64,000 nt of DNA from an uncultured Pseudohongiella sp. (GTDB lineage: Bacteria > Pseudomonadota > Gammaproteobacteria > Pseudomonadales > Pseudohongiellaceae), in assembly GCA_902597095.1 (NCBI GenBank), contig CACJWK010000011.1:207-64206 (forward strand), written 5' to 3'. Positions 39,434 to 49,672 of the stretch are shown piece by piece. The stretch's first letter is position 1, and the number at the start of each line of letters is the position of its first letter. Below the pieces are notes generated by a model. That model ran no database searches and was not told where the DNA came from. It worked only from the letters and a program-made list of their open reading frames with translations. Both the position numbers and the translations under genes were made by a program.

Positions 39434-39569
39434 AAAGTTAGGTTGCTCCGATTAAATCTTTTTATTTGTTTTACTGACTGATTCGAGATCGAAGGCATGT
39501 CGGCCTTTACCGGCGGCCCTATCAGCCTACAAGCAGCTTTACCTTTGAACCTCCTGCGTAGTCGCTAAT

Positions 39570-40310
39570 TCATTGGTTGCTGGTGTCAGATGTGATTAGG
39601 CCATCCTTCATTGATACTATCCTCGTACCGTAAGCAGCGATCTCAGGCTCATGAGTAATCAGAATGATCGTAATGTTGCGTTTAGCCCTGAGTTCAACCA
39701 ATGTCTCCATCACTTCCCTGCCCGTGTCTGTATCAAGGTTTCCTGTTGGCTCGTCAGCCAGTATCAGCTCCGGGTCATTAACAAGCGCTCTAGCGATCGC
39801 GACCCGTTGTTGCTGACCACCGGACAGCTGATTAGGATGATGGGAGGCACGGTCGTCTAACCTCATCAGATTCAGCGCAGAAAGCGCCTTCTGCTTTCTA
39901 ACACTGGCAGGCTCCAGCGGACGAGAGTATAACAAAGGGACCTCAACGTTCTCTGCAGCAGAAGTCCGTGGCAGCAAATTGAATCCCTGAAACACAAAAC
40001 CTATTTTTTTGTTCCTTATTTCTGCTAAGTCTTCCCGACTTAAGCGAGACACATCTTCAGAACCTAACGAGTAATGTCCTTCAGATGGTGTATCAAGGCA
40101 CCCCAAAATGTGCATCAGCGTGGATTTTCCGGATCCGGACGCACCTGTCACAGTCACAAACTCGCCCTCTTCAACTGACAAAGAAACACCCTTCAGAGCG
40201 TGTACAGACGTTTCGCCCATTTCGTACGTTTTGCGGACATTATCTAATTTTATGACGTTTGCGTTCACTGCAACCTCGTTGGTACCAACTACCTCTCCAA
40301 ATCGACTCAC
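39570..40310 (-). CDS. ABC transporter ATP-binding protein (MacB/LolD type)
   Basis: 246 aa with Walker A GASGSGKST, signature LSGGQQQRVAIARAL and Walker B LILADEPT. Confidence 0.85.
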   Translation of the reverse strand: MSRFGEVVGTNEVAVNANVIKLDNVRKTYEMGETSVHALKGVSLSVEEGEFVTVTGASGSGKSTLMHILGCLDTPSEGHYSLGSEDVSRLSREDLAEIRNKKIGFVFQGFNLLPRTSAAENVEVPLLYSRPLEPASVRKQKALSALNLMRLDDRASHHPNQLSGGQQQRVAIARALVNDPELILADEPTGNLDTDTGREVMETLVELRAKRNITIILITHEPEIAAYGTRIVSMKDGLITSDTSNQ

Positions 40311-40346
40311 GGGCGATCGGCGAACTTGGGGACAGTCTGAGTTTAC

Positions 40347-41984
40347 TCACTGTGGCTCATTCATTCCCGCATACTCATATATGGCCGTAGCAATGGACTT
40401 CTCCATACCGGCCATACCGTAGGTATTCCCTGCGCCTTCAACGATAAAGTATTCATTAGCAGCGTGGGACCCGCCCCCACCACCAACGTAGCCACTGGCA
40501 ATTGGAATATCATAGACATCACCAGCAAATAAATAGGCCGGCCAGTACCCACCGAGAATAGTCTCTTCAAGGATCGGCTCAGGATTACCAGCACCAAACG
40601 TTTCCCGCATCTCGCGGACGGCCATAGCCAACTCATTGTTGTCATCCATCTTAGCCCAGGGGACATCACCAACTACATTGATCTCAACATCTTCATAGCC
40701 ATGTTTATCCAAATGTGCCCTGAGTTTTGCCACAATGTCAGGCCCTGTTTGATTAGGGACATACCTGAAATTATGTTTGGACACGATGCGATTAGGCAAA
40801 ATAGCGCCTGAACCACCCTCAAACATATTACCTGCCCATATTCCGTCAAGATTCATTGACTGGCCATAGCGAGACAGTTTTTGGACCTCATAGGGGTCGT
40901 CAGATATGAAACGGGCCACGCCAAGACGCTCCGCCGCAACCGTTACATCGTAATCCTCCGCAGCCTCACGCAAAATCGCCTCCTCATCTTCTGTAAGAGG
41001 CACGACGTCATCGTAAAAACCATCAATCAGTACTTCATTTCCGGTATCATCTACCAGCGTCGCAAGCATCTTGATATGACGCCAGGCAGGCGCATCAACC
41101 TGACGCTTACGTCCCCCATGGATATTGCTGTAGGTAGGTCCCCGGCCCCACGCCTCTCCACTTGTAATTAACTCGACGAAAACACTGCCCTCGGAGGCGC
41201 CATAACCCCACATGACGTCGGCTTCAGAGAAGAGCTCCGGATTGTCTCGTATAAACTTACGATAGCCAATGGACATCCGCTCCTCATCCCCTTCAGCAAG
41301 AAAAATCAAATTAACCGGCAGACTCCCTGTCACCGCCTTTATTGACATCATTGCATTCCAGAAAGCCATCTGCCTGCCTTTGGAGTTATTTGCCCCCCTG
41401 CCAATGATGACTTTGTCAAAAGGAGGTTGCTCCACAATTCTTGCTTCAAAAGGAGGCGATGTCCAAAGGTCAGGCTGCGTAATAGGCATCGTGTCATACA
41501 TCCAGTAAACCGCCATGGTCTTTTCCGCACCCTCATCACACTTAGCATAAACTACCGGATTGGCCTGAGTACCGTATTCAGTAAGGCCAGGATCAACAAC
41601 CTCGGTCTCCTGACATCCAAACTGATCAAAGAAACCTTCAACCATGTAGGCCGATTCCTGAATGCCTTCACCAGTGTTGGAAACGCTTGGCTGCTGAATC
41701 CACCGCTGCAAATTCTGAACATGCTCATCGATATTCGCATCAATATGATCAAACACCGCGACCAGATCTGGATTGTGTATTCTGCTCATGTCTATCTCGA
41801 GCTCGGTTTTTCCTCTCGGGTTGATGCCCAGAGAAGGCTCTGGAGCAGCAGCCTCCACTGTAGACATCATGGCGGGAGCTGTACTTACCTCAGACTGTTC
41901 TGATTGAGGACTGCAGGCGGATACAAGTAAAACTCCAAGCAATATGGACAGTTCAGCGCGGCTTCTAAAATAATTATTTACCAT
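40347..41984 (-). CDS. M20 family metallopeptidase, lipoprotein (copy 2)
   Basis: 545 aa with lipobox LLVSAC. The body is identical to 31522-33183. Confidence 0.8.
   Translation of the reverse strand: MVNNYFRSRAELSILLGVLLVSACSPQSEQSEVSTAPAMMSTVEAAAPEPSLGINPRGKTELEIDMSRIHNPDLVAVFDHIDANIDEHVQNLQRWIQQPSVSNTGEGIQESAYMVEGFFDQFGCQETEVVDPGLTEYGTQANPVVYAKCDEGAEKTMAVYWMYDTMPITQPDLWTSPPFEARIVEQPPFDKVIIGRGANNSKGRQMAFWNAMMSIKAVTGSLPVNLIFLAEGDEERMSIGYRKFIRDNPELFSEADVMWGYGASEGSVFVELITSGEAWGRGPTYSNIHGGRKRQVDAPAWRHIKMLATLVDDTGNEVLIDGFYDDVVPLTEDEEAILREAAEDYDVTVAAERLGVARFISDDPYEVQKLSRYGQSMNLDGIWAGNMFEGGSGAILPNRIVSKHNFRYVPNQTGPDIVAKLRAHLDKHGYEDVEINVVGDVPWAKMDDNNELAMAVREMRETFGAGNPEPILEETILGGYWPAYLFAGDVYDIPIASGYVGGGGGSHAANEYFIVEGAGNTYGMAGMEKSIATAIYEYAGMNEPQ
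40366..41918. repeat. 1553-bp direct repeat, copy 2 (pairs with 31559-33111)
   Basis: See copy 1. Even the antisense shadow ORFs translate identically (32074-32364 vs 40881-41171). Confidence 0.9.
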
Positions 41985-42042
41985 GATTCAATCCTATGAC
42001 CTATTCAAGATTTGCTAACTTTCTTTCTTATGATGGTACTGT

Positions 42043-42076
42043 AAAAAAGGGCCTAGGGCGAAAACGTCCTAAACCC
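42043..42076 (-). terminator. Candidate intrinsic terminator after the TonB-dependent receptor gene
   Basis: On the minus strand it reads GGGTTTAGG-(10-nt loop)-CCTAGGCCC followed by TTTTTT. The stem is 9 bp including two G-U pairs. Confidence 0.55.
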
Positions 42077-42157
42077 TTCTCTAGTCAGAGCTGCGGTTTG
42101 GGCGCCTACCGCCGTTACCGCAACAACTGAAGTGCGTCTATTGATCATTACCCAAAG

Positions 42158-45046
42158 TTAGAATTCATATCTGATTCCCACTCTGTAACTCCGACCAAGC
42201 CAGTCCATCAGGTACTTATTAACTGGAATGTAGGCTGGAGTATTTTCCGCACCTTGTCGGGCTGGGTTCCCTGCGAGCACCGGATCGGTATCGAGCAGGT
42301 TTTTAACGGACAAGAATACCTCTCCCTCTCCCCCCATGAAGCTCACGTCCATGCCTGCATAGAGATCATAAAAGAACTCGCCTGGGACATGGTTGTTGTT
42401 TACAGTCCAGTTGGGCGCGGAAGAGGCTGGACATTGGCCAGGCACACACTCGATGAAGTCATTATCAACAACTCCATCGCTGTGGCCACGCGCAGTAAGG
42501 TTAAACGAGAACGCATCCACGTCATATCTCGCTGTACCGCGGTAAACCCAATCGGGCGTGCGATCAAAACCCGCATTTTCACCGGCCTGATTGTTTTGGG
42601 TGACCCGGTTATCAGTAGTATTAGCTATGTAATGAGTCGCCATTCCACGAAGCGTCATGGTGCCGGGTCCGATGTCTCGCACATAACCAGCCTCAAAATC
42701 GTAGCCTTCCGCGTAGTACATGTTGAGGTTTTCCCACTTCAAGTCGATGTACTGCAGTGACCCACCCAGCGCGGCGGCGAGCAGATCACCTCCGTATTGT
42801 GGAAAAGTGAGGGGATCGAAGCGAAGCTGATTACAGTAAGATTGGACACTAAATTCAAAGCATGCATCAGCGACCTGCTCAGCGCTCAGGTATCCAAGGA
42901 CACCCTGAATGTCAATGTCGTAATAGTCAACCGAGAATGATAAACCGTCTATAAAACTAGGTTGGAAAACTAACCCAATGCCCAGTGTATCGGCTTCTTC
43001 CGGGCTCACCGTCGGTGTGCCTGTCAGATTTTGTGTAAAATCGACAGATTGTCCAGCGACCTGAACCGCATTCGTTCTAGCTCGACCCGCATCGTAGAGC
43101 TCCGACATATTGGGCGCCCGGATGTCATGTGATTGCGTCACTCGCAGAGTGATGTCGTCGATTGGAGAATAAGTAAATCCCACCTTCCATGTATTTACTC
43201 GACCGGAGGTACTATAGTCGGTGGCACGTCCTGCAGAGTTCAGCTCAAATCCCTCAAAAACAGGCACCACTACTTCGGCATATACCTCGGATACCGAGAC
43301 GTCGCCGAAAGTCATTTTGTAATTGCCGTACTTCCAACCGCTCTTGTATTTTGGATCTACAACGCCAGCTATCGATTCCTCTCGGTACTCGCCGCCAAAG
43401 GCAAGACCGATTGGCCCAGCCCACCCGTCAAGCTCTGTCACGAAATTTACTGCTGTGACGTCTTGCTGAAATCGCTGCTCGCGCCGCGGGCGCCCAAGGA
43501 CGTAGTTCAGTCCCTCCTCTGAAGCAACACCAACTCCAAAGCGATTGAGTGGCACGCATCCATTGCCTGGGTCAGTGAGTGTGGACCTGCAAACAATCGC
43601 GCCATCGTCATTGAAAACCGCATCGGACGCTAGTGATAGATTTCGGAAGCTAAATGTCGGGCGTTGGTGTTCGTCAGTCTTGCTTACACCTCGCTGGTGG
43701 TAGCCGTCCCAGTCGAAGTCTAAAGCACCAAGAGAAAAGCTACCATTTATGCCTGCAACAATCCGGGTCGTTTGCCTGAAGTTATTGGTGCCAGAGACTG
43801 GGAAATCCATGTTTCCCGAACTCATCTTGAATGACGTTTCACCAGCAGCAGTCATTTGATCCCGTATCTCTGCTGGGAGGTAAGCATTATCGATATAGTA
43901 AGTTCGGTTTCGATCAGTAGGCCGTATATAGGCGCTAAAGCCCTCGTAGCTGGCGTACGACACTTGTAGAAATGCTTCTGTCGTGTCTGTCAACTCCCAG
44001 CTCGCCCTAGTAAAAATACTTTCCCGATCGTCTTCGGCCTGAAGCGAATTGGTGCCCAGTGCTGATGAGAGTGTGTATTGCCAATCTCCACCACGCATCC
44101 ACTGGCCTCCAACGTCACCGAAATTCAGCTGATTGACGGAACCTCCCGTTCCAAAGTAGGTTCCGGCAGCCACACCGTTTTTGATGAGGCCTCCCGGGGA
44201 GTAACTCGACAACCCAATGCCCGTATCTATTATGTACCGTGGTTGGCCGGCGGACTGGTCGGGATTCAGCATCGCCCAATATCCGGACTTCGCCCAATCT
44301 GCCACTGTCTCTTCGATCCCGTCCCGGTGGAATATTTCCGCATTGAATAGCAAGTGACCACGATCATTAGCAAATGATGTACCCGCGGTGATTTCAGCTC
44401 TTTGGTCTGCAGCCCCGTACTCGGTTACCTCCCCAGCCACGATGGAGGTTTTGAGTCCTTCATAGTCTTTGTCAAGGATAAAATTCACCACCCCAGCGAT
44501 GGCGTCAGAACCATACGCGGAAGATGCACCACCGGACGCCACCTCGATGCGCTCGATCAGACCTTGAGGAAATGTGTTCGTATCAACTAAGCCGGCGGCG
44601 GAGGAAGGCACGTTTCTCTGACCGTCAAAGAGCACAAGCGTTCGCCCAGTGCCAATGCCCCTGAGGTTCATGGAAGAGATTCCTGCGTTGCCAGAACTAA
44701 GGGAGCCGGAGGATGTTGATGCGGTGGTTGTTCCCTGGATGGAAGGCAGCGTAGCCGCAAACTCCGCAATGCTTCCGGGTACCTCTGCTTCAAGTTCGGG
44801 ACCACCCAGAACGGAGATTGGCGTGGGAGAATCGTAGCCATCTCGAGCTATACGGGACCCGGTAATCACAATAGACTCTATCTCTGGCGCATCCTGGGCG
44901 AGGACGGCGTTGGAGAAGCCACTGGTGGCAATGGAGGTCGCTGCTATGCAGGCCGCGAGCGAAAAATTAGAACTTACTGACTGGTTTTTCAGACACAGAC
45001 AAATGGGTTTTTTCTTAAACTTCGGAAGAATCGAACACGACGACAT
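42158..45046 (-). CDS. TonB-dependent receptor
   Basis: 962 aa with a signal peptide and a plug region (ITGSRIARDGYDSPTPISVL). The body is a long beta-barrel with alternating Y/G-rich strands. It ends in the terminal aromatic YRVGIRYEF. Confidence 0.9.
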   Translation of the reverse strand: MSSCSILPKFKKKPICLCLKNQSVSSNFSLAACIAATSIATSGFSNAVLAQDAPEIESIVITGSRIARDGYDSPTPISVLGGPELEAEVPGSIAEFAATLPSIQGTTTASTSSGSLSSGNAGISSMNLRGIGTGRTLVLFDGQRNVPSSAAGLVDTNTFPQGLIERIEVASGGASSAYGSDAIAGVVNFILDKDYEGLKTSIVAGEVTEYGAADQRAEITAGTSFANDRGHLLFNAEIFHRDGIEETVADWAKSGYWAMLNPDQSAGQPRYIIDTGIGLSSYSPGGLIKNGVAAGTYFGTGGSVNQLNFGDVGGQWMRGGDWQYTLSSALGTNSLQAEDDRESIFTRASWELTDTTEAFLQVSYASYEGFSAYIRPTDRNRTYYIDNAYLPAEIRDQMTAAGETSFKMSSGNMDFPVSGTNNFRQTTRIVAGINGSFSLGALDFDWDGYHQRGVSKTDEHQRPTFSFRNLSLASDAVFNDDGAIVCRSTLTDPGNGCVPLNRFGVGVASEEGLNYVLGRPRREQRFQQDVTAVNFVTELDGWAGPIGLAFGGEYREESIAGVVDPKYKSGWKYGNYKMTFGDVSVSEVYAEVVVPVFEGFELNSAGRATDYSTSGRVNTWKVGFTYSPIDDITLRVTQSHDIRAPNMSELYDAGRARTNAVQVAGQSVDFTQNLTGTPTVSPEEADTLGIGLVFQPSFIDGLSFSVDYYDIDIQGVLGYLSAEQVADACFEFSVQSYCNQLRFDPLTFPQYGGDLLAAALGGSLQYIDLKWENLNMYYAEGYDFEAGYVRDIGPGTMTLRGMATHYIANTTDNRVTQNNQAGENAGFDRTPDWVYRGTARYDVDAFSFNLTARGHSDGVVDNDFIECVPGQCPASSAPNWTVNNNHVPGEFFYDLYAGMDVSFMGGEGEVFLSVKNLLDTDPVLAGNPARQGAENTPAYIPVNKYLMDWLGRSYRVGIRYEF

Positions 45047-45336
45047 AGTTTCCCCTTGATAATGACGTTGGTTTGTGGATAGGTGCCTTAAAGCTACACA
45101 CTCAATGACTATCGTTTAACTACCATCCGTTTGCCATGCATCGCTCGTGCCAATCTGCGGGGCCCGAGTTTCCGCACTCTAGCCGTCTTCTTTAAGAAAT
45201 TTTGCTTCTTTCTGGCACAAAGGTAACCAACACGGTGCAATTTTATGCACAATTTCAATGCACAGATTGTCTTGAATTTCCTTGATAGCAACTCTCGAAA
45301 CCCCTCAACCAAGCTCGGCTTCTAACCGAAACATAC

Positions 45337-46635
45337 TTAAATCGGAGTGAGTGTTACCGCAACTTGTTTGGAAAACAAACAAACAGCTAGAACCCGAAAC
45401 CGTAATTTTTGCCGTTCACAGAACTCAACGAGTGCCCGATATTCGTCTTCCTCCCAGCGCTCATTCATAAGCATTTCATCAAATATCAGAATCGTTTTGT
45501 CGTCTATCACCTTTCTTGCGTAACTCAGAGCACATATGGTCGACGAGTAGAGATCTGCATCGAAGTTTATGACGGATGCAGTCTCGCGTGGCTTTGAAAA
45601 GAACTTGGGCAGCGTATACTCGAACTCACCAGCAATAAATTCTCCTCCGTCCAGCACTGGAGCTTCTCCATCACTATCGTAGGACCCTGGGCTATTATCA
45701 TGCCAAGCCTCTGGGAGCCCTCTGAAAGTATCAAACCCGAAACCCCTATCCAGTGACTTAAGTAAATATCGAAAGGACGCGCCTCTCCAAACACCGAACT
45801 CATAAAACGGTTTCGTGCCGACACACATTTTAATTACTGCGTCGTAAAACGACCACCTGTTGAACAACAACAAAGGCCTTTCGCTTAAGCCTAGAACCCA
45901 AGAAAAAGATCGAACAAAAGGATGATTCGTATACTCGGGCGGTACCCTCTCGAGAATATCCGTATTATCGGTCTCCCACAAATCCATAAAACAAAGCATC
46001 AGTACAGCTTTTTCGCAAGTTGGATCAATGTTGACACACAACTGCAACCACTTCTTCGCTTCTGCGAAACTTGATGATGCTCCAGACAAATTCCAATAAG
46101 CATGAACGCAATGATCATCGATCTCGATAGCAGTGCGAAAGGCGCGCTGTGCCGATGCGATTTTGGCTTGCTCAAGAAACGCATCGCCGAGGTGAACGTG
46201 TGAATCGATCAACATTGGATCAATGGATAAAGCCTTTGCGAAAAACTCGGCTGCTAGTTCGACTTTGCCCTGCGCTTTTAATGCAATTCCGAGGTTGTTA
46301 TATGCCAAAGAAAACGCCGGATTTATATAAATGGCTTTTTCAAAATTTTGGATAGCAAGATCATATTCTTTCAATGCCACTTGGGCATTCCCAAGGTTAT
46401 TTAGAAAGTCAGCATTATTCGGCTCAATCGCAAGTGCTTTCATGTAAAACCCAACAGCTTTAGTAAAAACATTTAAATTCGCGTGAGCTACGCCCGCAAG
46501 GTTAAGTAAAATGCTAGATTTTGGATAAAGTTTAAGCAGCTTCTTCGCACTTCTTGCCATTGCGATAAATTCGCCTCTTTTTCCACTCTCGAGTAAAGCA
46601 TTCAATTTTTTTATAGGGGGATGCAGCGCGTTCAT
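45337..46635 (-). CDS. TPR-repeat protein fused to a TylF/macrocin-O-methyltransferase-like class I methyltransferase domain
   Basis: 432 aa. The N-terminal half has TPR units (AIEPNNADFLNNLGNA, INPAFSLAYNNLGIAL). The C-terminal half has FYEFGVWRGAS and INFDADLYSST..ILIFDE, which fit the TylF-family pattern. Confidence 0.6.
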   Translation of the reverse strand: MNALHPPIKKLNALLESGKRGEFIAMARSAKKLLKLYPKSSILLNLAGVAHANLNVFTKAVGFYMKALAIEPNNADFLNNLGNAQVALKEYDLAIQNFEKAIYINPAFSLAYNNLGIALKAQGKVELAAEFFAKALSIDPMLIDSHVHLGDAFLEQAKIASAQRAFRTAIEIDDHCVHAYWNLSGASSSFAEAKKWLQLCVNIDPTCEKAVLMLCFMDLWETDNTDILERVPPEYTNHPFVRSFSWVLGLSERPLLLFNRWSFYDAVIKMCVGTKPFYEFGVWRGASFRYLLKSLDRGFGFDTFRGLPEAWHDNSPGSYDSDGEAPVLDGGEFIAGEFEYTLPKFFSKPRETASVINFDADLYSSTICALSYARKVIDDKTILIFDEMLMNERWEEDEYRALVEFCERQKLRFRVLAVCLFSKQVAVTLTPI

Positions 46636-47267
46636 ATTTGCTGGGAATTTAACAACTAATTGTAGAAATTGATCCTTTTATGGCTGAAACAGGTCGCTGA
46701 ACAGCATTAGATATGAGAGACTCAAAGGAGTTGGGTCACCCGAACTTCGAATATGGTCTTGTAGTTGACTTTAAGTTTCTGCCAAAGTTCAATCACATGA
46801 TTCGAGCCTTTCGATCTCTTGTACCTATGATCAGTGTTCTTGCGGTAGTTGATGCTCAATCCTCCTTTGATGACCGAGGTATGCGAATGAAGTTCGAATC
46901 ACATAGTACTGCCTCTTTGCATTTCGAGAACAGTAAGCGTTAATTGGAAAGATTCCCAGCATTGCGGGCAACCTTCTCCGAGCACCTGCAATGGCTACTC
47001 TTCAATTGTAAATGTATGCGGCAGCTCTACACGTAACGTGTTCCGGCAGCGACCTCAGCAAGAAGTTGGCAGCAAGCCAAACGGGATTAAATAATCGTCG
47101 CTGGTGTTTTAGGAAAGTGACAAGGGTCTACTCAGTTTCAAGAGCATCAAGATTTTTATGGAAAGATGATCCCAAGTTCGCATTCCAAATAATGTTCGAG
47201 CTAGAAACCGATCTCGAGACACCTGATCAGCTTTTTTTCATCAAATGTGTGCCAAATTTTAAAGCTT

Positions 47268-48650
47268 ATGCGTAGCCAGGTTCTCCCAATTCTCAAAATC
47301 TTTACAAGTCTCTTGGCTATCTTGTCATTCCAAATTTCTAATATCTGCCATTCGCAGGCTGCACACATCGAAAATTCAGACCAACCGAGCCACCGTTTAG
47401 ATCGGTCAGATTTATTCCCACATGGTTCAGCAGATTTTTCAGCCGCACTGGGCAATCTTCTTCTCAACACGCGCAATGATCAAGCAACGTTTCTACTCGA
47501 AGATCACGACCATGAGTCTGCCCTTGCAACTCTTCACAGCGACTTGTTTGATCAGCGTATCTCGTTAGGCCTGAAGTCAAAAGAGGTTTTACCCATTCTA
47601 AATGAGATATCGCAGTTACAAGTAATTCTTGGTGATTGGGAAGGCAGTGCTGACACCATTGCACATACAAGATTTGTCACAGCTAGCAATCATGGGCCCG
47701 ACTCTCTGGAAACGCTCTTCGTTTTGGAGAAGCAAGCGACTTTAAGAATTCTAGAGTTCTACTCAGGCCTTGACGAGCGACAGCCGAAGAAGTTTTTACA
47801 GGCTAGAGATATCCTTGCGGAAACTACCAAGATCGCGAAAAATCTCACGATCGATAAGGGACCTGAGATCTATCCTTGGTACTACAAAAGGGCTCTAAAT
47901 TTAGCAAGATTAGTTGAGCTGATTTATAGTAGCCAAGATATTCTCTCGGGAGACTTTACGAACGACCTACTTAAACAAGATGGACCGATTAGAGTTTACG
48001 GAGCTAGTCGATTTAATGATGTGATTGGGGAAGGATATCTACGACAAGCTACCGAGCAGATTCGAAGTATTTACAATATTGCTCATGACCTTAATGACGC
48101 AGAGGCTAAAGGTTTAGCTGAAATTTACCAGGGAGACTTTAAATTATTAAGTGGAAGTATTTCAAGCAATCGCCACTATGAAAGAGGCCAGCAACTACTC
48201 CGAGAAGCGGGCGTCAAGCAAGAAAAAATAGATAGGATTTTTCTTGCACCAACGCCTATTCCAATACCGCAATTCTTCAGTGATGTTGATGAGCTTCTTA
48301 GTTACCAAGATAGCCAGTTCAATCCCGTAAATTCGGCCGAACAAATGCCGGTTCTACAGATCCTCGATGATTGGTATAGGAAATTGCAAGAGTTCTTCGG
48401 TCGCGACCATGGTTATATTCTTTCCGAGCTTGAACTTTCTTTGAAGGATATTGAGCTTACCGCAGACGTCAGTCAGTCTGGGAAGGTCTCGTTCCAAAGT
48501 AACGCCCGCTCCCAGTTTGCTGAAAATATTTTTGATCTAAGTAGCTTACGCCCTCTAAGCGCTATAAAAATTCGACCTTCATTTTCGGACGGCAAATTTT
48601 ATCCGAGAAAAAATCTAAATATTCGCTATAGCTTTGTCACAGCGAAGTAG
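47268..48650 (+). CDS. Secreted hypothetical protein
   Basis: The start is taken at MRSQVLPILKIFTSLLAILSFQISNICHSQA (signal peptide). It is ~460 aa and mostly helical, with no motif I recognise. Confidence 0.5.
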   Translation: MRSQVLPILKIFTSLLAILSFQISNICHSQAAHIENSDQPSHRLDRSDLFPHGSADFSAALGNLLLNTRNDQATFLLEDHDHESALATLHSDLFDQRISLGLKSKEVLPILNEISQLQVILGDWEGSADTIAHTRFVTASNHGPDSLETLFVLEKQATLRILEFYSGLDERQPKKFLQARDILAETTKIAKNLTIDKGPEIYPWYYKRALNLARLVELIYSSQDILSGDFTNDLLKQDGPIRVYGASRFNDVIGEGYLRQATEQIRSIYNIAHDLNDAEAKGLAEIYQGDFKLLSGSISSNRHYERGQQLLREAGVKQEKIDRIFLAPTPIPIPQFFSDVDELLSYQDSQFNPVNSAEQMPVLQILDDWYRKLQEFFGRDHGYILSELELSLKDIELTADVSQSGKVSFQSNARSQFAENIFDLSSLRPLSAIKIRPSFSDGKFYPRKNLNIRYSFVTAK

Positions 48651-48781
48651 CCTTGGAGTGGGCCTACCCCCAGTTGAATAGCGTTCGACACCCTCAGAAC
48701 AGACTACTCTGGTTTGATAACCTCCCGTGAAATGATAACCACCTTTAACAAAAAAGTGTCTTGATTAAGACGCTTACCCGT

Positions 48782-48924
48782 CGCAGGCTGTTGAGGTGTT
48801 TTGTGGTTGATTGTCTGCGAGGGACTCATAATCCGTCGGTCCCAGGTTCGAGTCCTGGTGGGCCCAACAACTAAATCAATAAGTTACACCTCCCTCGCAA
48901 TAACACCCCAATCGATTTGGACCA
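48782..48924 (+). repeat. att copy c5: 40 nt of left arm + tRNA-like core (CCA mutated to ACA) + right arm, immediately upstream of the integrase remnant
   Basis: The sequence is CGCAGGCTGTTGAGGTGTTTTGTGGTTGATTGTCTGCGAGGGACTCATAATCCGTCGGTCCCAGGTTCGAGTCCTGGTGGGCCCAACAACTAAATCAATAAGTTACAC...ATTTGGACCA. It is nearly identical to 1283-1425. Confidence 0.85.
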
Positions 48925-49088
48925 ATTTACCCAAGGGAATTTTTGTCTAAAATCCTTGCCTTTGGGAAATAACCTCACTATGTTTGACCCAAGTGGCTGG
49001 CAGTATCAAAGTTCCACTCTAAACATATGGCCATGCGTTTGTACCTAATCGAGTCAGCGGCGACTACCGCCGCAGAGTTACTTACCGC

Positions 49089-49430
49089 ATGGCTTCTTTC
49101 GACAAACGCACAGCTCCCCGCTCCAGCAAGGTTACTTGGCGTGTTCGCATTAGGCGAACCAACCTTCCTGATATATACAAGTCATTCCCGAATAAAACAG
49201 AAGCGAAGCAATGGGCCCTCTCAACTGAAGCTGCGCTGATTGAAGGCCGACTGAATACCAGTGCGGCATTAAAAAAAACATCGGGTGAATGAGGTCTATG
49301 ATTTATACGAAGCCGACATCGTCAGACGACTGAAGGCCCCATACAACCGCATCGCGCATCTTAAGTTTTGACGGGCTGAGATAGGCTGCAACCCCTCCAT
49401 GAGTGTTATCAGTGGAGGAATTGGACATTG
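49089..49430 (+). pseudogene. Tyrosine recombinase (phage-type integrase) remnant: N-terminal arm-binding region only, frameshifted and truncated
   Basis: It encodes MASFDKRTAPRSSKVTWRVRIRRTNLPDIYKSFPNKTEAKQWALSTEAALIEGR. This matches the K.G...Y.A.IR..G....KTF..K..A..WA...E N-terminal pattern of island integrases. A stop at 49290 is followed by EVYDLYEADIVRRLKAPYNRIAHLKF in another frame. No catalytic domain follows. Confidence 0.7.
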
Positions 49431-49672
49431 ATAACTTGGCCGCTTAACCAAACTGTTCAAGATATGATTCGACCTAGATTGAGAGATCAGAGCTTGTCGG
49501 ATCCTCGCCCTGACAAGCCTGATGAATGTATTGATTTGACTGAGGAATATGATACCTTGTAACTACGGTATTCCACTGTAATTCAACATTATCAGGATCT
49601 TATACCACCATGATAATCTACTGATGGCTCTGTCGCTCGGCTTAAATGGTGAAACTCTGAAACTTAAAAGAT

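Noticed and set aside
45047-45336. A riboswitch or Fur-type regulation upstream of the TonB-dependent receptor. The evidence was TCATTATCA next to the start codon and two TGTGCAT boxes 6 nt apart near 45240-45265. There is also a 67-aa basic ORF at 45109-45312.
   Set aside because: No B12 box, TPP or other riboswitch core could be recognised. The Fur-like half-site overlaps the RBS rather than a promoter. The boxes are too short to be meaningful without comparison, and the small ORF has no RBS or motif.
46636-47267. ORFs 46713-46943, 47012-47275 and 47201-47476 in the long intergenic region.
   Set aside because: They are short and mutually overlapping, with no motifs. I looked at the minus-strand frames of 46700-46950 for transposase-like fragments and found nothing convincing.
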